In this document: positions 49,673 to 62,076 of the stretch, piece after piece
Numbering within the stretch: the stretch's first letter is position 1
Layout of the letters: every line of letters starts with the position of its first letter
From: Tricharina praecox
Taxonomy: Eukaryota
Reading direction: 5' to 3'
DNA: 64,000 nucleotides
Assembly: GCF_024521635.1 (NCBI RefSeq)
Contig: NW_026250409.1
Location: 558,001-622,000 of the forward strand
Notes under the pieces: generated by a model
What the model was told of the DNA's origin: nothing
The model's input: the letters and a program-made list of their open reading frames with translations, nothing else
Databases searched by the model: none
Program-made: the position numbers and the translations under genes

Positions 49673-50214
49673 CTTTGTGGATGATTAGAGAGATGTTTGG
49701 ATGGGCGGAAGGTGATGGAATTGGAGGTCGTAGATGCTGGTGGTGGTTTGGTGGGGGATAGTTGCGAGAGCTTGAAGGTTGCGGCTCAGTTCAGTTGTTG
49801 GGGATGAAAACTACGCCGGAGGGAGCACAGAATTCAGCACTAACGTCCTTAGATGAGAACAACAACATCTCTATATCCACAGCAGGAAACCTCGTTTTAA
49901 TTATCATTGTACCTGAGTTCTTTAATTCCATGCTTATTTTGTTTCTTGATATCTGCAAGAGTACTGAGTTTGTCTGCGTCTTCGTGAACCCAGTGCCATG
50001 GTCTTAGCTCACTTGGGCGCTTCCCAGTCCACGCTTCCCCCCAGCTCGCTCAGCCTCATTGAAACGACAACCACCAACCCGCTTACCTACCACCCCATCG
50101 CCGAAGAGAAGCCGCGCAACGCCAACTGCAGACCACCGTCATCGCGAAGTCCCCTCCCTAACCACAACCTACTCCCAACAACCGCTCCCGACACCACCTC
50201 GCAAGCTCTCCGCC

Positions 50215-50888
50215 ATGGCCGGATTAAAAACAATAATCGCTCTGTCCTTCGCAAGTCTTCACCTTCCACAGCTACTCTCCCCACCACCTCGCTAACATGC
50301 AAGCTGCAGATTCTTGCGATCGGATTCCTCCTCGTAATCCTCTCCTCTGCCCTCTTCGGCCCGAACTACTACCCCCTACTTGTCGTCGCGACCTACGTGA
50401 TCGCGCCTCTCCCGAACTTCGTCTGCTCACGGTGCGCAAACCCCGATGACTTCATCGACGAGAGCAACGGCAGCGGGTTCATCGACCTCGGGCGGTTCAT
50501 GACGGGATTCTTGGTGGTCATGGGTATTGGTGAGTTAGCTTCCTACGTGTAGGCGGAACGGGTTGGGGCGGCGTCCGTCGGAGGGGGCATCTTCGAGCCA
50601 GAGCATGAAAGACCCGCAGACTACCCCGGTAGGAGGCCTGTGGGGTCTTGCCAACTCCAGGTGCCTGCATATATCCCCTCTGCGCGGATATCGCTATCCC
50701 AAGTCGCCCCGCTTCTCTTCTGTACTCTTGAAGCTCTGCTGACATAACCCACAGCGCTCCCCGTCATGCTCGCCCACTGCGACATCATCAAAGTGCCGGC
50801 TATGATTATGTCGATCATCGGAGGCCTCCTTATCTACGGCACCATCATCTGCTTCAGCATGTTTTTCCAGGAGTCAGAAGACTTCTAA
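50215..50888 (+). CDS. VPS55: Vacuolar protein sorting 55 (OB-RGRP family), 3 exons
   Basis: MAGLKTIIALSF|ILAIGFLLVILSSAL..NYYPLLVVATYVIAPLPN..CSRCANPDDF..GRFMTGFLVVMGI|ALPVMLAH...FSMFFQESEDF*; introns 50251-50309 (GC-AG) and 50530-50754. Confidence 0.93.
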
Positions 50889-51330
50889 CCACCTCCACAA
50901 CTACTACCAATCCCCTCCACCGCATATGCTTGAGTGAACCCCCAGTTGGAGGGTCTTCTTAAGGGGCCTTTTTTTGTCGTTGCTTAGCGGGTGAGGGCTG
51001 GGTTGTATACTACCTTGGAGTTGTATCGGATCGGGATTGAAGCTGAGACGTTGGTGTTTGCGTTTTCGTGTGTGTCTGTGTGTGTGTGTGTGTGTGTGGA
51101 CAGAATGGTCGTTTCCTTAGCCTTAGCCTTTGCGTGTATTTCCTTTACTTTATGTGCTGGCATTGTTATTGTTTTTTCTCAGGTTATGTGATGATCCAGG
51201 TTATGTGATGATCTGGGGATTTTGTCTGTTTTCAGCGCTGGTACTTAATGGAGTTGGTTTTCTTGGGATAACTGAGCGGAAGCGAGGGGCAAAAATCAAT
51301 ATTGTCATTAGCATGAAGAGCGATGTACAA

Positions 51331-51435
51331 GTCTGGTTGGCTCAGTTGGTAGAGCGTCGGTCTCATATCTCAGGTTATGACTCCCACTCAGTGGCGGTAA
51401 TCCGAAGATCGCGAGTTCGATCCTCGCACCGGACA
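51331..51435 (+). tRNA. tRNA-Met(CAT), elongator type, 32-nt intron (51368-51399)
   Basis: Exons identical to the 43241-43347 copy; full cloverleaf. Confidence 0.95.
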
Positions 51436-52267
51436 CAATCCTTTTGCTCTGGCGGCGTAGGAGGGGGGGGGGGGGGATTGGCAAGAACGTTTGTCATATT
51501 TTTTCGTTCCATCAGTTGAGGTGGCAGTTTGGTATCCATAGACTCCTCGAGTAAGCGAATGCGCAGAATGGATGGTAACTACCGTAGTTTTTGCTGATTG
51601 TAGCGGCGTTTCTATTGTACATATGTAGGCAAGGGGGCAAAGAAAGCCCAAGAGCCCGGAGGAAGATGTGCTTGTTTCCTAAGTAGCTCTTGCTGGCTCT
51701 TCCTTCCCGTGCACGTACGTCTGTGGTTGGATGATCACACGATACGGTATCGCACGAACCCGCGCGTGATACCGGTGAGTTTGATTGATACAGGTACGAG
51801 ACGGGCGTGCGTTGTTCGAGTACACCGGACAGACAAGAGAGAATTGCGATGGCGGGCTGTGAACTGAGAAGCCTGGGCTTGTTGTTGTAATTGCCGGCGT
51901 ATAATACCCAGTGATTAGCTGTGTTGGAATTCCTCCTTGATAAGGAGGCGGTTTGGATCAGGTATCACGACAAGATTGGCCAGGTCAAGTCAGCTTGGTA
52001 AAGAATACGGTACTCTACGAGGCTCTAGTGGAGTCACTGGAGTGATGATAACATGACGAACTCAATCCCCATCTCGTGAAATCCAACCTTTGGAACATCT
52101 GGACATAGTTTTCCTATTCGCCCCTCCTGCAATCCTTCCTACAGTGACCCTTCCGCCACAAGCAAGTCACCCAAGCAGACAGATACAAAGCTGTCGATCA
52201 AACCAAACCACCCTTCCGACACAAGCAAGTACCAGGTAGGTAACTCAAGCAGACAAATACGAAGCTT

Positions 52268-54626
52268 TCAAACCATACAAACCTTCCTTCCCAGCAGACC
52301 GCCCACTTTCGACTCACCTTGCCTGCCCAACTCGAAACTCAAAACTGTGCCATCAATGTATACCATGACAAGTCTCCATCGTCTGCCCGTCTCCATTCCC
52401 CTCCACCCACCACCCCTCGACCGCTCCTTCCTCCCGCTTCCCCCAGCAGTCTCCACTCCCTGCCCTTGAACGGGGCTAACGGTAATACCTATTAATGGCG
52501 CGGCCGGGCGGATTGGCACATCCCTTTCTTCGCCAGGACGCAGCACGCTTTCGCGGTCACGTGGTAGAACGGTGTCGAGCCTCATGCCGTAGTCGTCGCC
52601 ACAGCGAGTAAGACGGAAGATACTAGCTCTTCCTTGCTGAGAGGCAGCTACGACAAGGGATAGTTCTGGGACAGAGACGACCATGTTGAGGCGGTCGAAG
52701 TGGCCGAGATATCGGTGCTGTACGGTCGGTGGTGGGGCCTGGCAGGCTGGACGCTTGCAGAAGACGACAGGGAAAAGATGGCGCGTGGGGAAGAGAGCAG
52801 CTTTACAGCCGGTGGTTGTGAAGAGGAAGCCCAGTGGTGGTCGGGGTGCTTCAGTTGCTGGCTTTGGTACTTGCGGCGAAGGTACGAACTCGCTACCAGA
52901 GCCTGGGGGGAGTACCGCTGAACCGATGGTGTCGAAGTGATGGGAGGAGACCGGCGAGTTGATGTTTATATCTTCATCGTCTTCCTCCTCTTCCCACTCA
53001 TCCTCTTCGTTCTCTTCATCCGCAATTGTTTCTCCTCTTCCCCGAGGAATAACCGACCGGTTCACTTCCACCACATTCTCATCCCTTTCCCCCTGCAAAT
53101 CACTCCACATGGCATCTTCATCTAGAGCAAAGGGAGGTGGAGGCTCCGAATGCTCCTCTCCTTGACTCCCCGGACTCCCCTCTTCTTCGGAGGCCTCATC
53201 CTCGTTCTCCGATTGATCTGTCGAAGCATCATTGCTGTCATATTCCTCATCCTCATCCTCATCCTCGCTGTCCACACATTCCTCGGATAGATGCATATTT
53301 CCCCACATCGGCGTCGGCCCTTCGCCCTGGTAACCAGTATATATTGATTCCAACGCAGGCGTGATGTCCCAGGCGGTGCCCCCAGTGACCAAATGTGAGC
53401 CACCGTAGTAGTCCGTTGGTATCGTGATCGCCCAGGAAATTTTGGTTTTGGGAGGCAGATCTTCGAGGTGAACACTTCTTTTCCCACAAGGTGAATCCAT
53501 GGTTTTGTCCAACGCCTCGTACATGCTGTTCACGGGTTTAAATGACTGTGGCGACAGATAGGCGACTGACCAACACCTAGGCCTTGGATTGATATTAACC
53601 AGTGGTGTTTCTCGTCGAAACGGAATGTGACTTACCCTGCGCCAAAAAATTCGCCTGTCTCCACCACTTGCTGCGTATCAACATCCCACACGATCACCGT
53701 CCCGTCGATCGATGTGCTTGCTAGCCACCGTCCACTCTCATCGTCCATGAAGGTCACGTTAGGAATGTTGTGGGAGTGTCCACCCACGAGAATCTTGCAA
53801 TTTACCACTACTTCGTCCTTCCCCTGGATTTTGATGTGTGGCATCCTCGGACCTTCGTCCGCCCTGGCAGCTACCCCGCCCACTTCGCCGCCTTCATCAC
53901 TCCCAACCCCCATCTCCTGGTCTCCCCCAGCCGCAAGCTCAAAGACCGTAATCTTCCAACTATTGGCACTAACAGCCAGTCGTCTGCGCTCCTTATGCAG
54001 CGCGACACCCCATGCACTGCTGCCAACATTGTACTGCAGCATGAGCTTCAAGTCCTTCGTGTACCACACCATGACATCGCCATCTGCGTGGGCGGAGACC
54101 AGTACCTCCTCGCACCCCAGTTCCCCAACCGTCAAGCTGTTGATCCCGTTCGGGTCGTCGCCTCTCTGGTGGGATACTGGGATCTTCGTGGGGGATTTCA
54201 AGATTGCGTGGGGCATATCAGGCAAGCGCTGCCGCGGGTACACAGGTATGTACACGTGGACATGGCTGCGGAGCGCAACGAAGAGGTAGTTATGTCGCTT
54301 GGAGGAGGCGACCTAAAGACTGGTTAATACCCGCTGTGCCTGCTCCCAATCACTGCCCAGGAAGTGGACGGTACCAGATTGTTGCGCCAAAGATGTGAGT
54401 ATATGGTGTTACTGCACAGCCATCAGTCAGTTACGCATTCCGGAATCCCAATTGGAGAGCGGTTGAGCCCGCGTACATCTACACGCAGAAAAGCACACAT
54501 GTGAGCCCCACTGCCGGTGAAGTTGAAGAGAAGGAAACATACGTCCTCCTGAGTTCCCAGGTACTCTATCGCCAGAGGCTTATAAGGCTCGTGAATTCTA
54601 CTTTCATGCGTGGCGGTCGGAAACAT
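52268..54626 (-). CDS. CRT10: CRT10-like WD40 protein, multi-exon (5' exon structure uncertain)
   Basis: WRNNL|VASSKRHNYLFVA, INSLTVGELGCEEVLV, SAWGVALH..RRLAVSANS, GHSHNIPNVTF, STSIDGTVIVWD, GW, DRLNMVVSVPELSLVVAASQQGR, RWRLVMVYIDGTVLSFEL. Confidence 0.85.
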
Positions 54627-54955
54627 GATGGTCTCGGGTTCGTTGGTTGTCGCAGTGGAGTGATTGGGATGTTGCTAAAGTTGAGCTTACTCGTTGATGA
54701 TGGAGGTCGTTGGGGTTCGATCGCTGCAAGGATGTTTACACCTAGTCTGTGTAGCGCACAGTTAGTGGTGGTGGTGGCGGATCTTATCACTGATCTTGGC
54801 TTGAGAAAGGGAAAAATAGTTTGACTTCTTGTCCTACATGCTGTGAAGCTCAACCGCGAAACTGCCATTCGGCCCTGGACCGATCGGCTGCGTCACCCGT
54901 GGTAATGAAATGACTTTAGTTCAAGGACGATGATTGCCAAGACAAACTATCACAT

Positions 54956-55060
54956 GTCTGGTTGGCTCAGTTGGTAGAGCGTCGGTCTCATATGCTTCAG
55001 TATGACTTCCACTCAGTGGTAGCAATCCGAAGATCGCGAGTTCGATCCTCGCACCGGACA
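54956..55060 (+). tRNA. tRNA-Met(CAT), elongator type, 32-nt intron (54993-55024)
   Basis: Exons identical to the other two copies; followed by a TTTTTT terminator. Confidence 0.95.
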
Positions 55061-55298
55061 TTTTTTGTTCCATTCCCATATATACCTAGAGGGTAGCCCA
55101 TGTCTTTTACTCTGGTCTTTAATGAATACCGGTACTCTATATTACCACGCAGTCGCTCTATCGTGTACTCTACAAAGGCATTTAGGTGCACGCACTTATC
55201 TACTGTACAAAACGCTGGAAACAAGAAAATATGTCTGATAGAAAGGAATTGCGATGCACACGTAGTAGAAATTGAGCTCGTGGTCCTAAACTAAGGTT

Positions 55299-57427
55299 TT
55301 AAGGGACATGCCCTGCTCTAGCAACCCTCCCGCCTCTATCGCCCCTTGCCCCTCGCGCACCGCCTCTACCTCTCTCGCCGCCACCTCGACCACCGCCTCT
55401 TCCTCCATCTCGTCCTCTGCCTCTTGCTCCGCCTCTTGCCCCGCCTCTTCCTTCACCTCTTCCGTCTCTCCAACCTGCTGCCCCTCTACCACCCCTACCT
55501 CTCGCAGGAGGTGCAGGTGCAGGTGCAGGCCCATCCGGGACATCGTCAAAATCGACCAACTCCTCGTCCGATTCTGGATCCGAGTCGAAGGCTAGTATTA
55601 GGTCATCTTCCAAATCCGAGTCGTCTTCAAATAGCACTCGTATCAGGTCTTCCACCACAGGTAACTGTCGCTGCTGCCGCGGTTGTTGTGGTTGTGGTTG
55701 TGGCAGCCTTCGTGGCTGCGGTTGCGGCTGCGGTACTTCTGGTGCTTCGTCTTCGTCTTCTTCTTCTCCGTCGGGTGGACGCTATGTATTCTTCTTCAGC
55801 CTTTGATTCCTATTCTTCTTCAGATCCGAGTGGTCTTACCCCCGCCTCAATCAACCGCTGGTTTTCGATATCCCCAGATTCGCCCTCCCACAATCGCTGG
55901 TAGCAGTCGGTGCCGATGGTATTGTAATGAAAGTAAGGATTTTCAGCCGGCAGGTATGCCGAGCAAAGAAAGCAAAAGTGCGTGGCACAGGTACAGATCA
56001 TATGATTGCATCCATGGCTCTTAAGAACGGGGGTCTCGCAACTGCGCAGGCTTCGGTTAGTGAAGTTTGACGAGGGTGTGGTGTGCTCACGTTGGACATG
56101 GTGTGGTGTTTTCCCGGAGGAATTTCTCGTTCGCAAGTTCCTCCTCCGTCAATGTACCATCAGCAGGCTTGCAGATCTGAAAATCGCCGTGCCATGATGC
56201 TTTCGGAGGTGTCAGTTTGATAGCGATAACCGGTACTATGCATGGAGAACTTACCCAAACACTTCGAACAAAATGCCAACGAGCAAGTCGAGCACACCTG
56301 GAGCTTTTCTTTTAACGGTGAGACCGTTTCTTTCACCTTTTTCTTGCTGTCCGCCTCGTACACATGCTCTTCAATCGGTTGTGGGACTGCATTGCGGTCT
56401 GGCAGCCAATAATCATTCCCACTAATCTTCATCGAAGCCTCTACATTCTCCACCGACGCCCGCGATGGAGCTTGGCACCATTGTCGGGGACAGTAAATTG
56501 TCTTCGGGTCGGCGGCCAAAGCCTTCTTTTTCTTCAGAACTGAGTACCCGCGTCACCATGTCGGGCGCTATCCCGATGTCGAGGAGCTCCTCGGGCGGTA
56601 AAGTTGGAGGGAGCGACGAGAGCATTCGCTGATTCGGTGTCTCGTTGACTTCTTCCTGAAGGGGAGCTGCAGGAGCCACTTGCTGTCTCGTGGCAGTCTT
56701 CACGCAAGACGGGTCGGAACATCGGACGGAAGATACATCCCCTTCAGTGATGAGGTTGGTGTAATAGTCCTATGCACCAAGTGAGCTGGGCGATCTCTTC
56801 CACATCGTAGGCAATCCCACTGACTCGTAAACACGGCCGACAAAAAACATGTATACAGGACCGCAGCTGGTGGCAAAGCACTCCCTTCTTCGGCTCCAGA
56901 CATATCCCGCAGTCATAAGTCTCCTGGTCAAACTTTTTCCGCTTCGTCTCCTGGTTAAAGGCAACAAGTTCCTCCTGCAGCTCGGCCGGAACCAGCAGTG
57001 CTCCACTTATACCTAGACCCCGCTCAATACGCTGTTGCACATGGTCGATGATAGCGAACACCACCTGGCCATGGCCATACTCTTCCCACAGTCCAAGACA
57101 TTCCTTTTTAAGCACCTCAAGCTTTTCGGTCGGCAGCCACGCCGGTGAGGTGGTGAGTTCAATCACTGGTGGAGCTTCGAGGGGATACGCTTCGGGAAGA
57201 TCAAACTTGAGTTGGATCGGTGGAAGATGTTGAAACCGTGTCGCGGGATCGCCGAGTGAGAATGCTATGGCCAGCGGTTCCACAGGCGACACCGGGAGAT
57301 CGACCATCCCGGAAAAGGGTGAGAGAATGGTGAGCTCTTCGGAATAGATGGATGCAACTGTTCCTAGCTCCTGGGATCGCTCGTCTCCTGATTCCGAGAG
57401 CATTTCGGAGGTAAGAGTTGAAGCCAT
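55299..57427 (-). CDS. ITT1: RWD + RBR (RING-IBR-RING) E3 ubiquitin ligase, Itt1/RNF14-like, with RGG-rich C-terminal tail, multi-exon
   Basis: RWD ELGTVASIY...HLPPIQL..LPEAYP; RING1 CGICLEPKKG..C.H.FC..C; IBR YCPRQWC...CSTCSLAFCSKC; RING2 CETPVLKSHGCNHMICTCATHFCFLC; last exon acidic then RGG/RG repeats. Confidence 0.88.
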
Positions 57428-58272
57428 GACCAGTTGTCTCAACTTAGCCGACACCGAGGATCCCTGACCAGGTAGACTGTGCGATGGTGAAAGGATACCG
57501 CTGTAAGGGGAGAGTTTTCAAAGCGTTAGGACTGTGGCGGCGGCGATGAGGAACTCTCAAATACCAATCAAAAGTGGCAACTCGGATGTCGGGGTTCAGA
57601 TTGAAGAACCGTGGAACAGTAGAGTGGCTGATAAATGGGTCGAACAACAGGTGCTAACAGTCAAAATGCCCCCGTGCTTTCTGATGACTCGGTATAGAGT
57701 CCCGCCGAGTAATCCAAGCCGTATTGAGATACGGGAATCGGCAGAGGTTGGATGTGGTCGTAGAAATAGAGATGGAGGTGGATGGCGGGGTTGATTGGTG
57801 GTAGAGGTCGGCTTTAGCACAACTCCCACGCGTGCATGCAATTGAGCCTTCAGCTCAGGGTCGACAGTTTTTATAAGACATGCATGCAGGGCAAAACGGC
57901 GACTTTTCGACTCATCCCATCTCCACAAGCACTTCTTTCGTCTTCTTTTCTTGCAGACTTGCAGAAGCATCGGCAAGCAGAATCCTCCGAAAGCCAGCCA
58001 TGCGCCATGCCTCCATCTTCTCAACTATGATGTACGACTAGCTAAAAGTACCCCACACTTCGGAACACAGGGGAAAAAATAAAAATTCCATGCACCGCGA
58101 AAAGCCGCTCTTCGCCTCCAACCCCTCCAACACCCCCGACACGATGGCACAACCACCGCACAACACCGACTACAGCCAACAGCAGCCGTGACTGCTACCG
58201 CCGACTCACTGCGACTTCCCGAAGACTGTCCCTACGGTCCCTGATAAGCTCAACCTTTAGCCCAGGGTAACA

Positions 58273-60531
58273 ATGGCGGCAGCAGAGACCCCGCGGATCC
58301 TCCTGGTCGACGCTTACGACTCTTTCACCCATAACCTTGCGGCACAGCTCTCGCGCTACACCGCCGCCGAAGTCCACACAATCCACATCGACTCTCCGTT
58401 CGCTTCGATCGAGGGGCTACTGCCGTACCTTCCGTGCTTCGACGCGGTCGTCATCGGTCCCGGTCCTGGCTCTCCGGACAACGACAAAGATGTCGGCATC
58501 ATAAAGGATATCTGGCATCTGGGCAGCTCCCATATGCTACCGGTATTTGGTGTATGCCTAGGATTGCAGAGCCTATGCCTTGCGTTTGGTGGCAATGTCG
58601 AGAGGCTGCGCACGGTTAAACATGGATTGTCGTCTACGATCCGGCACGGCGGGGTGGACCTCTTTGAAGGTCTCGGGAACATGAGTGCGGTCAGGTACCA
58701 CTCACTACATGCGACACTTGGAGAGGGAGGCAAAGACGACCTGGAAGCCCTGGCATGGGCGGATGATGCGGAGAATGGCGAGGTCCTCATGGCGGTGAAG
58801 CACAGGACGAAGCCATTCCGGGCGGTCCAATACCATCCGGAATCTATATGCACGGAAGGGAGCGATAGGGTGGTGGAGAATTTCTGGCGGTCGGCCTGCA
58901 GGTGGAATATGGACCATGGACGAAGGACTACGGGACTCCCAGGAAGCTGGAGGGTCCGCCCACGTGAAGCGAGTTTGCTGGACCAACTGCGGCACGCTGG
59001 AGAGCTTCCTGAAGCACGCGCCGTGAATACGGTCCAGACGACCAGTCTGTTTGCTCGAGGCCTCGATGTTCGAAGGATCTGCGAAATGCTCGACGTGGAA
59101 TCGAAACGGGAGTTCGTCCTCTTAGAATCCGCCGCGACTCCGGGCCGATGGAGCATAATCGGAATTTTAACACCTGGTATCACTCAGCTTATCCGATATA
59201 CAGCCGGTGACTCATATATTGAGTTGTCAAAAGTTGGGGATGAAAAGACCTCGCGCGTTGGGCTACAGCCCCCGTGTAATGCGTCGGTGTGGCGGTTCCT
59301 AGCTTCCTATATGGAACGGCGCAAGGCCAGTGGTGGCAAGAAGGAATCCCCATTCTGGGGCGGATTGGTCGGATACTTCTCCTACGAACTGGGTGTGGAG
59401 TCGCTTTCGATACCACTCCCTCACAACCGAAAAAGGCGACCAGATGTGAACCTCGCCTTCGCGGAGCGCAGCATAGTCATCGACAGTCTGACTGGCCGAA
59501 TCTATGTGCAATCCTTGATCCCTCACGACGGCGAATGGCTGGAGTCGATGAAGCTGCAGTTGCAGCAAGAACACGACCTCTCACTTACGCCGTCGGCCAC
59601 CCCTCCGCCCGCCGGAATCGCCGCGCCATCTTCTATCCAGATGCATTACAAAGAGGCCTGCGAGCCGACTATCGTCAAGCCCTCGGGGGAGCTCTACAAA
59701 TCCCTCGTGCGCGAATGCCAAAGCTACCTCGCAAGCGGCAATTCCTACGAGCTCTGCCTAACCGCGCGCACACGGGTTAACCTCCCCTCCCCCCAGCCCC
59801 CAGTCTGGAGTCTGTACGGGCTCCTCCGCGCGCGAAACCCCGCCCCCTACGCCGCCTACCTCCGGCTGCAAGGCGTAACTTTGCTCTCCTCTTCGCCCGA
59901 GCGCTTCCTCTCCTTCTCGCGCACGGGCGCAGTGCAGCTGCGGCCGATCAAGGGCACGGTCAGAAAGACAGCGGGCATGACGCGGCAGCGGGCGGAGCAG
60001 CTGCTTAACACGCCCAAAGAGCGCGCCGAGAACCTGATGATCCTCGACCTGATCCGGCACGACCTGCACCGGATCCTGGGCGCCGGGAACGTTACCGTGC
60101 CGCTGCTCATGAGCGTCGAGGAGTACGCCAGCGTGTTCCAGCTGGTCTCGGTGATCGAGGGGGCAATCCCCTCCCCCTCCGCCTCCCCCACCTCCTCCAG
60201 CCTGACAGGCCTGGATATCCTCGCCTCCTCGCTCCCGCCGGGCTCGATGACCGGTGCGCCGAAGAAGCGCAGCGTGGAGATCCTGCAGGCCCTCGAGGCC
60301 ACCGACGAGGAGCGCGGCGTCTACTCCGGCGTGCTAGGGTACCTGAGTGTGTGCGGCGCCGGCGACTGGAACGTCATCATCCGCAGCGCGTATCGGTACG
60401 ACGACGAGGGCGACGCGGGGCAGTGGTGGCTTGGGGCTGGCGGCGCGGTGACGGCGCTCAGCACGCCTGACGGCGAGTGGGAGGAGATGGAGACCAAGCT
60501 CGAGAGCACGTTGAGGGCGTTTTGTGGGTAG
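58273..60531 (+). CDS. ABZ1: Aminodeoxychorismate (PABA) synthase, GATase + chorismate-binding fusion
   Basis: DAYDSFT, GPGPGSP, GVCLGLQ, RYHSL, VQYHPES, FWGGLVGYFSYE, SYELCLT, SSSPERF, RPIKGT, KERAENLMILDLIRHDL, LPPGSMTGAPK, GAGGAVT. Confidence 0.95.
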   Translation: MAAAETPRILLVDAYDSFTHNLAAQLSRYTAAEVHTIHIDSPFASIEGLLPYLPCFDAVVIGPGPGSPDNDKDVGIIKDIWHLGSSHMLPVFGVCLGLQSLCLAFGGNVERLRTVKHGLSSTIRHGGVDLFEGLGNMSAVRYHSLHATLGEGGKDDLEALAWADDAENGEVLMAVKHRTKPFRAVQYHPESICTEGSDRVVENFWRSACRWNMDHGRRTTGLPGSWRVRPREASLLDQLRHAGELPEARAVNTVQTTSLFARGLDVRRICEMLDVESKREFVLLESAATPGRWSIIGILTPGITQLIRYTAGDSYIELSKVGDEKTSRVGLQPPCNASVWRFLASYMERRKASGGKKESPFWGGLVGYFSYELGVESLSIPLPHNRKRRPDVNLAFAERSIVIDSLTGRIYVQSLIPHDGEWLESMKLQLQQEHDLSLTPSATPPPAGIAAPSSIQMHYKEACEPTIVKPSGELYKSLVRECQSYLASGNSYELCLTARTRVNLPSPQPPVWSLYGLLRARNPAPYAAYLRLQGVTLLSSSPERFLSFSRTGAVQLRPIKGTVRKTAGMTRQRAEQLLNTPKERAENLMILDLIRHDLHRILGAGNVTVPLLMSVEEYASVFQLVSVIEGAIPSPSASPTSSSLTGLDILASSLPPGSMTGAPKKRSVEILQALEATDEERGVYSGVLGYLSVCGAGDWNVIIRSAYRYDDEGDAGQWWLGAGGAVTALSTPDGEWEEMETKLESTLRAFCG

Positions 60532-61076
60532 GTGCGATGTGGGATGTGGGTACCTAGACGGGACAGCGCTTGCTTTGCTTCGTTTCAACAGAAGGTTTGA
60601 TGGGCGTTTGTTTTATATGTTGGTTATTGGTTATCTGGTTTTTTTTGGACGGGACTGGACTGGACGGGACGGAGTATATTTTGGGGTTATGTTATGGCTC
60701 GCGTTTTTCAACAGGCGGTCACGACGGGGTTTGGGGGTGTAGCTATAATCAGATATTGGCTAGATATATGTATACCAAAAGGTTTGGTGAATTTCACGGG
60801 TTCGGGATTATTACTGCGCCTGTTCCCCCCTTCGTGGCTGGTCGGTGTCTTGTTCATCCGCTACTGGTTTACGAGTGGAGTGCCATTCGGCCGGCGAATA
60901 CGATTCCTGACCGTCGGTACCCGAATGGCGCCGTTCTCTAGAATTCCGCTGGCTGGATCGGGTGTTTCGTGGAGCGGGTTCGGAGCGATGTTGTGCCCCG
61001 AGCTCCCGACTGTATGGCTCCACATGCTCCAATTCGCACTCCAGAACGCGCGGCTTTGCACCCAGCTGACGAGACA

Positions 61077-61102
61077 TGTAGGTAGGTAGGTAGGTAGGTA
61101 GG
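61077..61102. repeat. (TAGG)n microsatellite
   Basis: Read directly; a (TAG)n tract follows at ~61289-61317. Confidence 0.85.
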
Positions 61103-61461
61103 AGCATGCACACACACGAAAAGAAAACCACTTGCAATTATCTTCCATGACACCTACTGCTATGTACCACAGTCCACTAATCCAAAGCCCCTCCCCATCC
61201 CACAGAACCCAATCCCGGACGAAACTTGCGAGCGGAAACACAGCAAAAATTCATTGGTATCGTCGAATTCTGTCCCTGGGTCAGGTGCGTAGTAGTAGTA
61301 GTAGTAGTAGTAGTAGTGCTAGCAGCAGCAGCAAGGTGTGTTGTCCACCCACCCCACCCGGTGACGGAGTTGTTTCCAAAGCGCCTGTATTTGCGAAAGA
61401 AAAACAAAAGGAAGAATGAACGCCGGTAAAGTAGGAAAGAACTTCAATGTCCCAAGGAAAT

Positions 61462-62076
61462 TTATTGCCCGTAGTTCTTGGGCCTCCTGCAAAAAAGGGT
61501 CGCATCAGTATGCAATCGGCCGGTCAACAGCAGAGGCAGCAGCAGCAGAACAAAGCGACTGGCTGCTGCAAATGAATACGAAACTTACTTGAACAGAAGA
61601 ATGTGGGGTTCTGGCGCATGAATCTCGTAGTGCTGCCATCCCAGACTCTGGGTGATTCCCAAGCCTCTCCACTCATCTTCATGCAAGATCTTGAGGGTTC
61701 CCGTCTCGGAGTCGAAGTAATCCTTGGGGATCATCTTGAGCATGCCCTTCGGAAGCATCACGTGCCTGGAAGGGTGCCGAAATTAGTTGTGAGCTCGAAT
61801 AGGCGAGCGCGGCGGAGCGGGGTGTTGGGGGGGAGGGCGGGCTCTACGAACCGATACTCATAGTTCTTATCAGAATAACTATAAGGTTCGAAGTCAGCGG
61901 GGGTTCTGGTGGTTCATGGGCATTAAATTCCCCCTGCGCAGCAGCGCAGTGACGGGTATATGGGGAGGAGGAGGTTCATACCGGTCTGAGTAGTGGATGT
62001 TGTCCGTGAACTCGTCGAGGCGGGCGCGCTCCGTGTCGGTGAGGAGGCGCGGGCGGGCACGCTGCTTGGTGGACAT
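61462..62076 (-). CDS. CKS1: Cyclin-dependent kinase regulatory subunit, 4 exons
   Basis: [78 protein letters not shown]. Confidence 0.95.

Noticed and set aside
58356..59183. Long antisense/alternate-frame ORFs over ABZ1 (and similarly over POS5, MBOAT, F-box)
   Set aside because: Expected shadow ORFs of GC-rich coding sequence.
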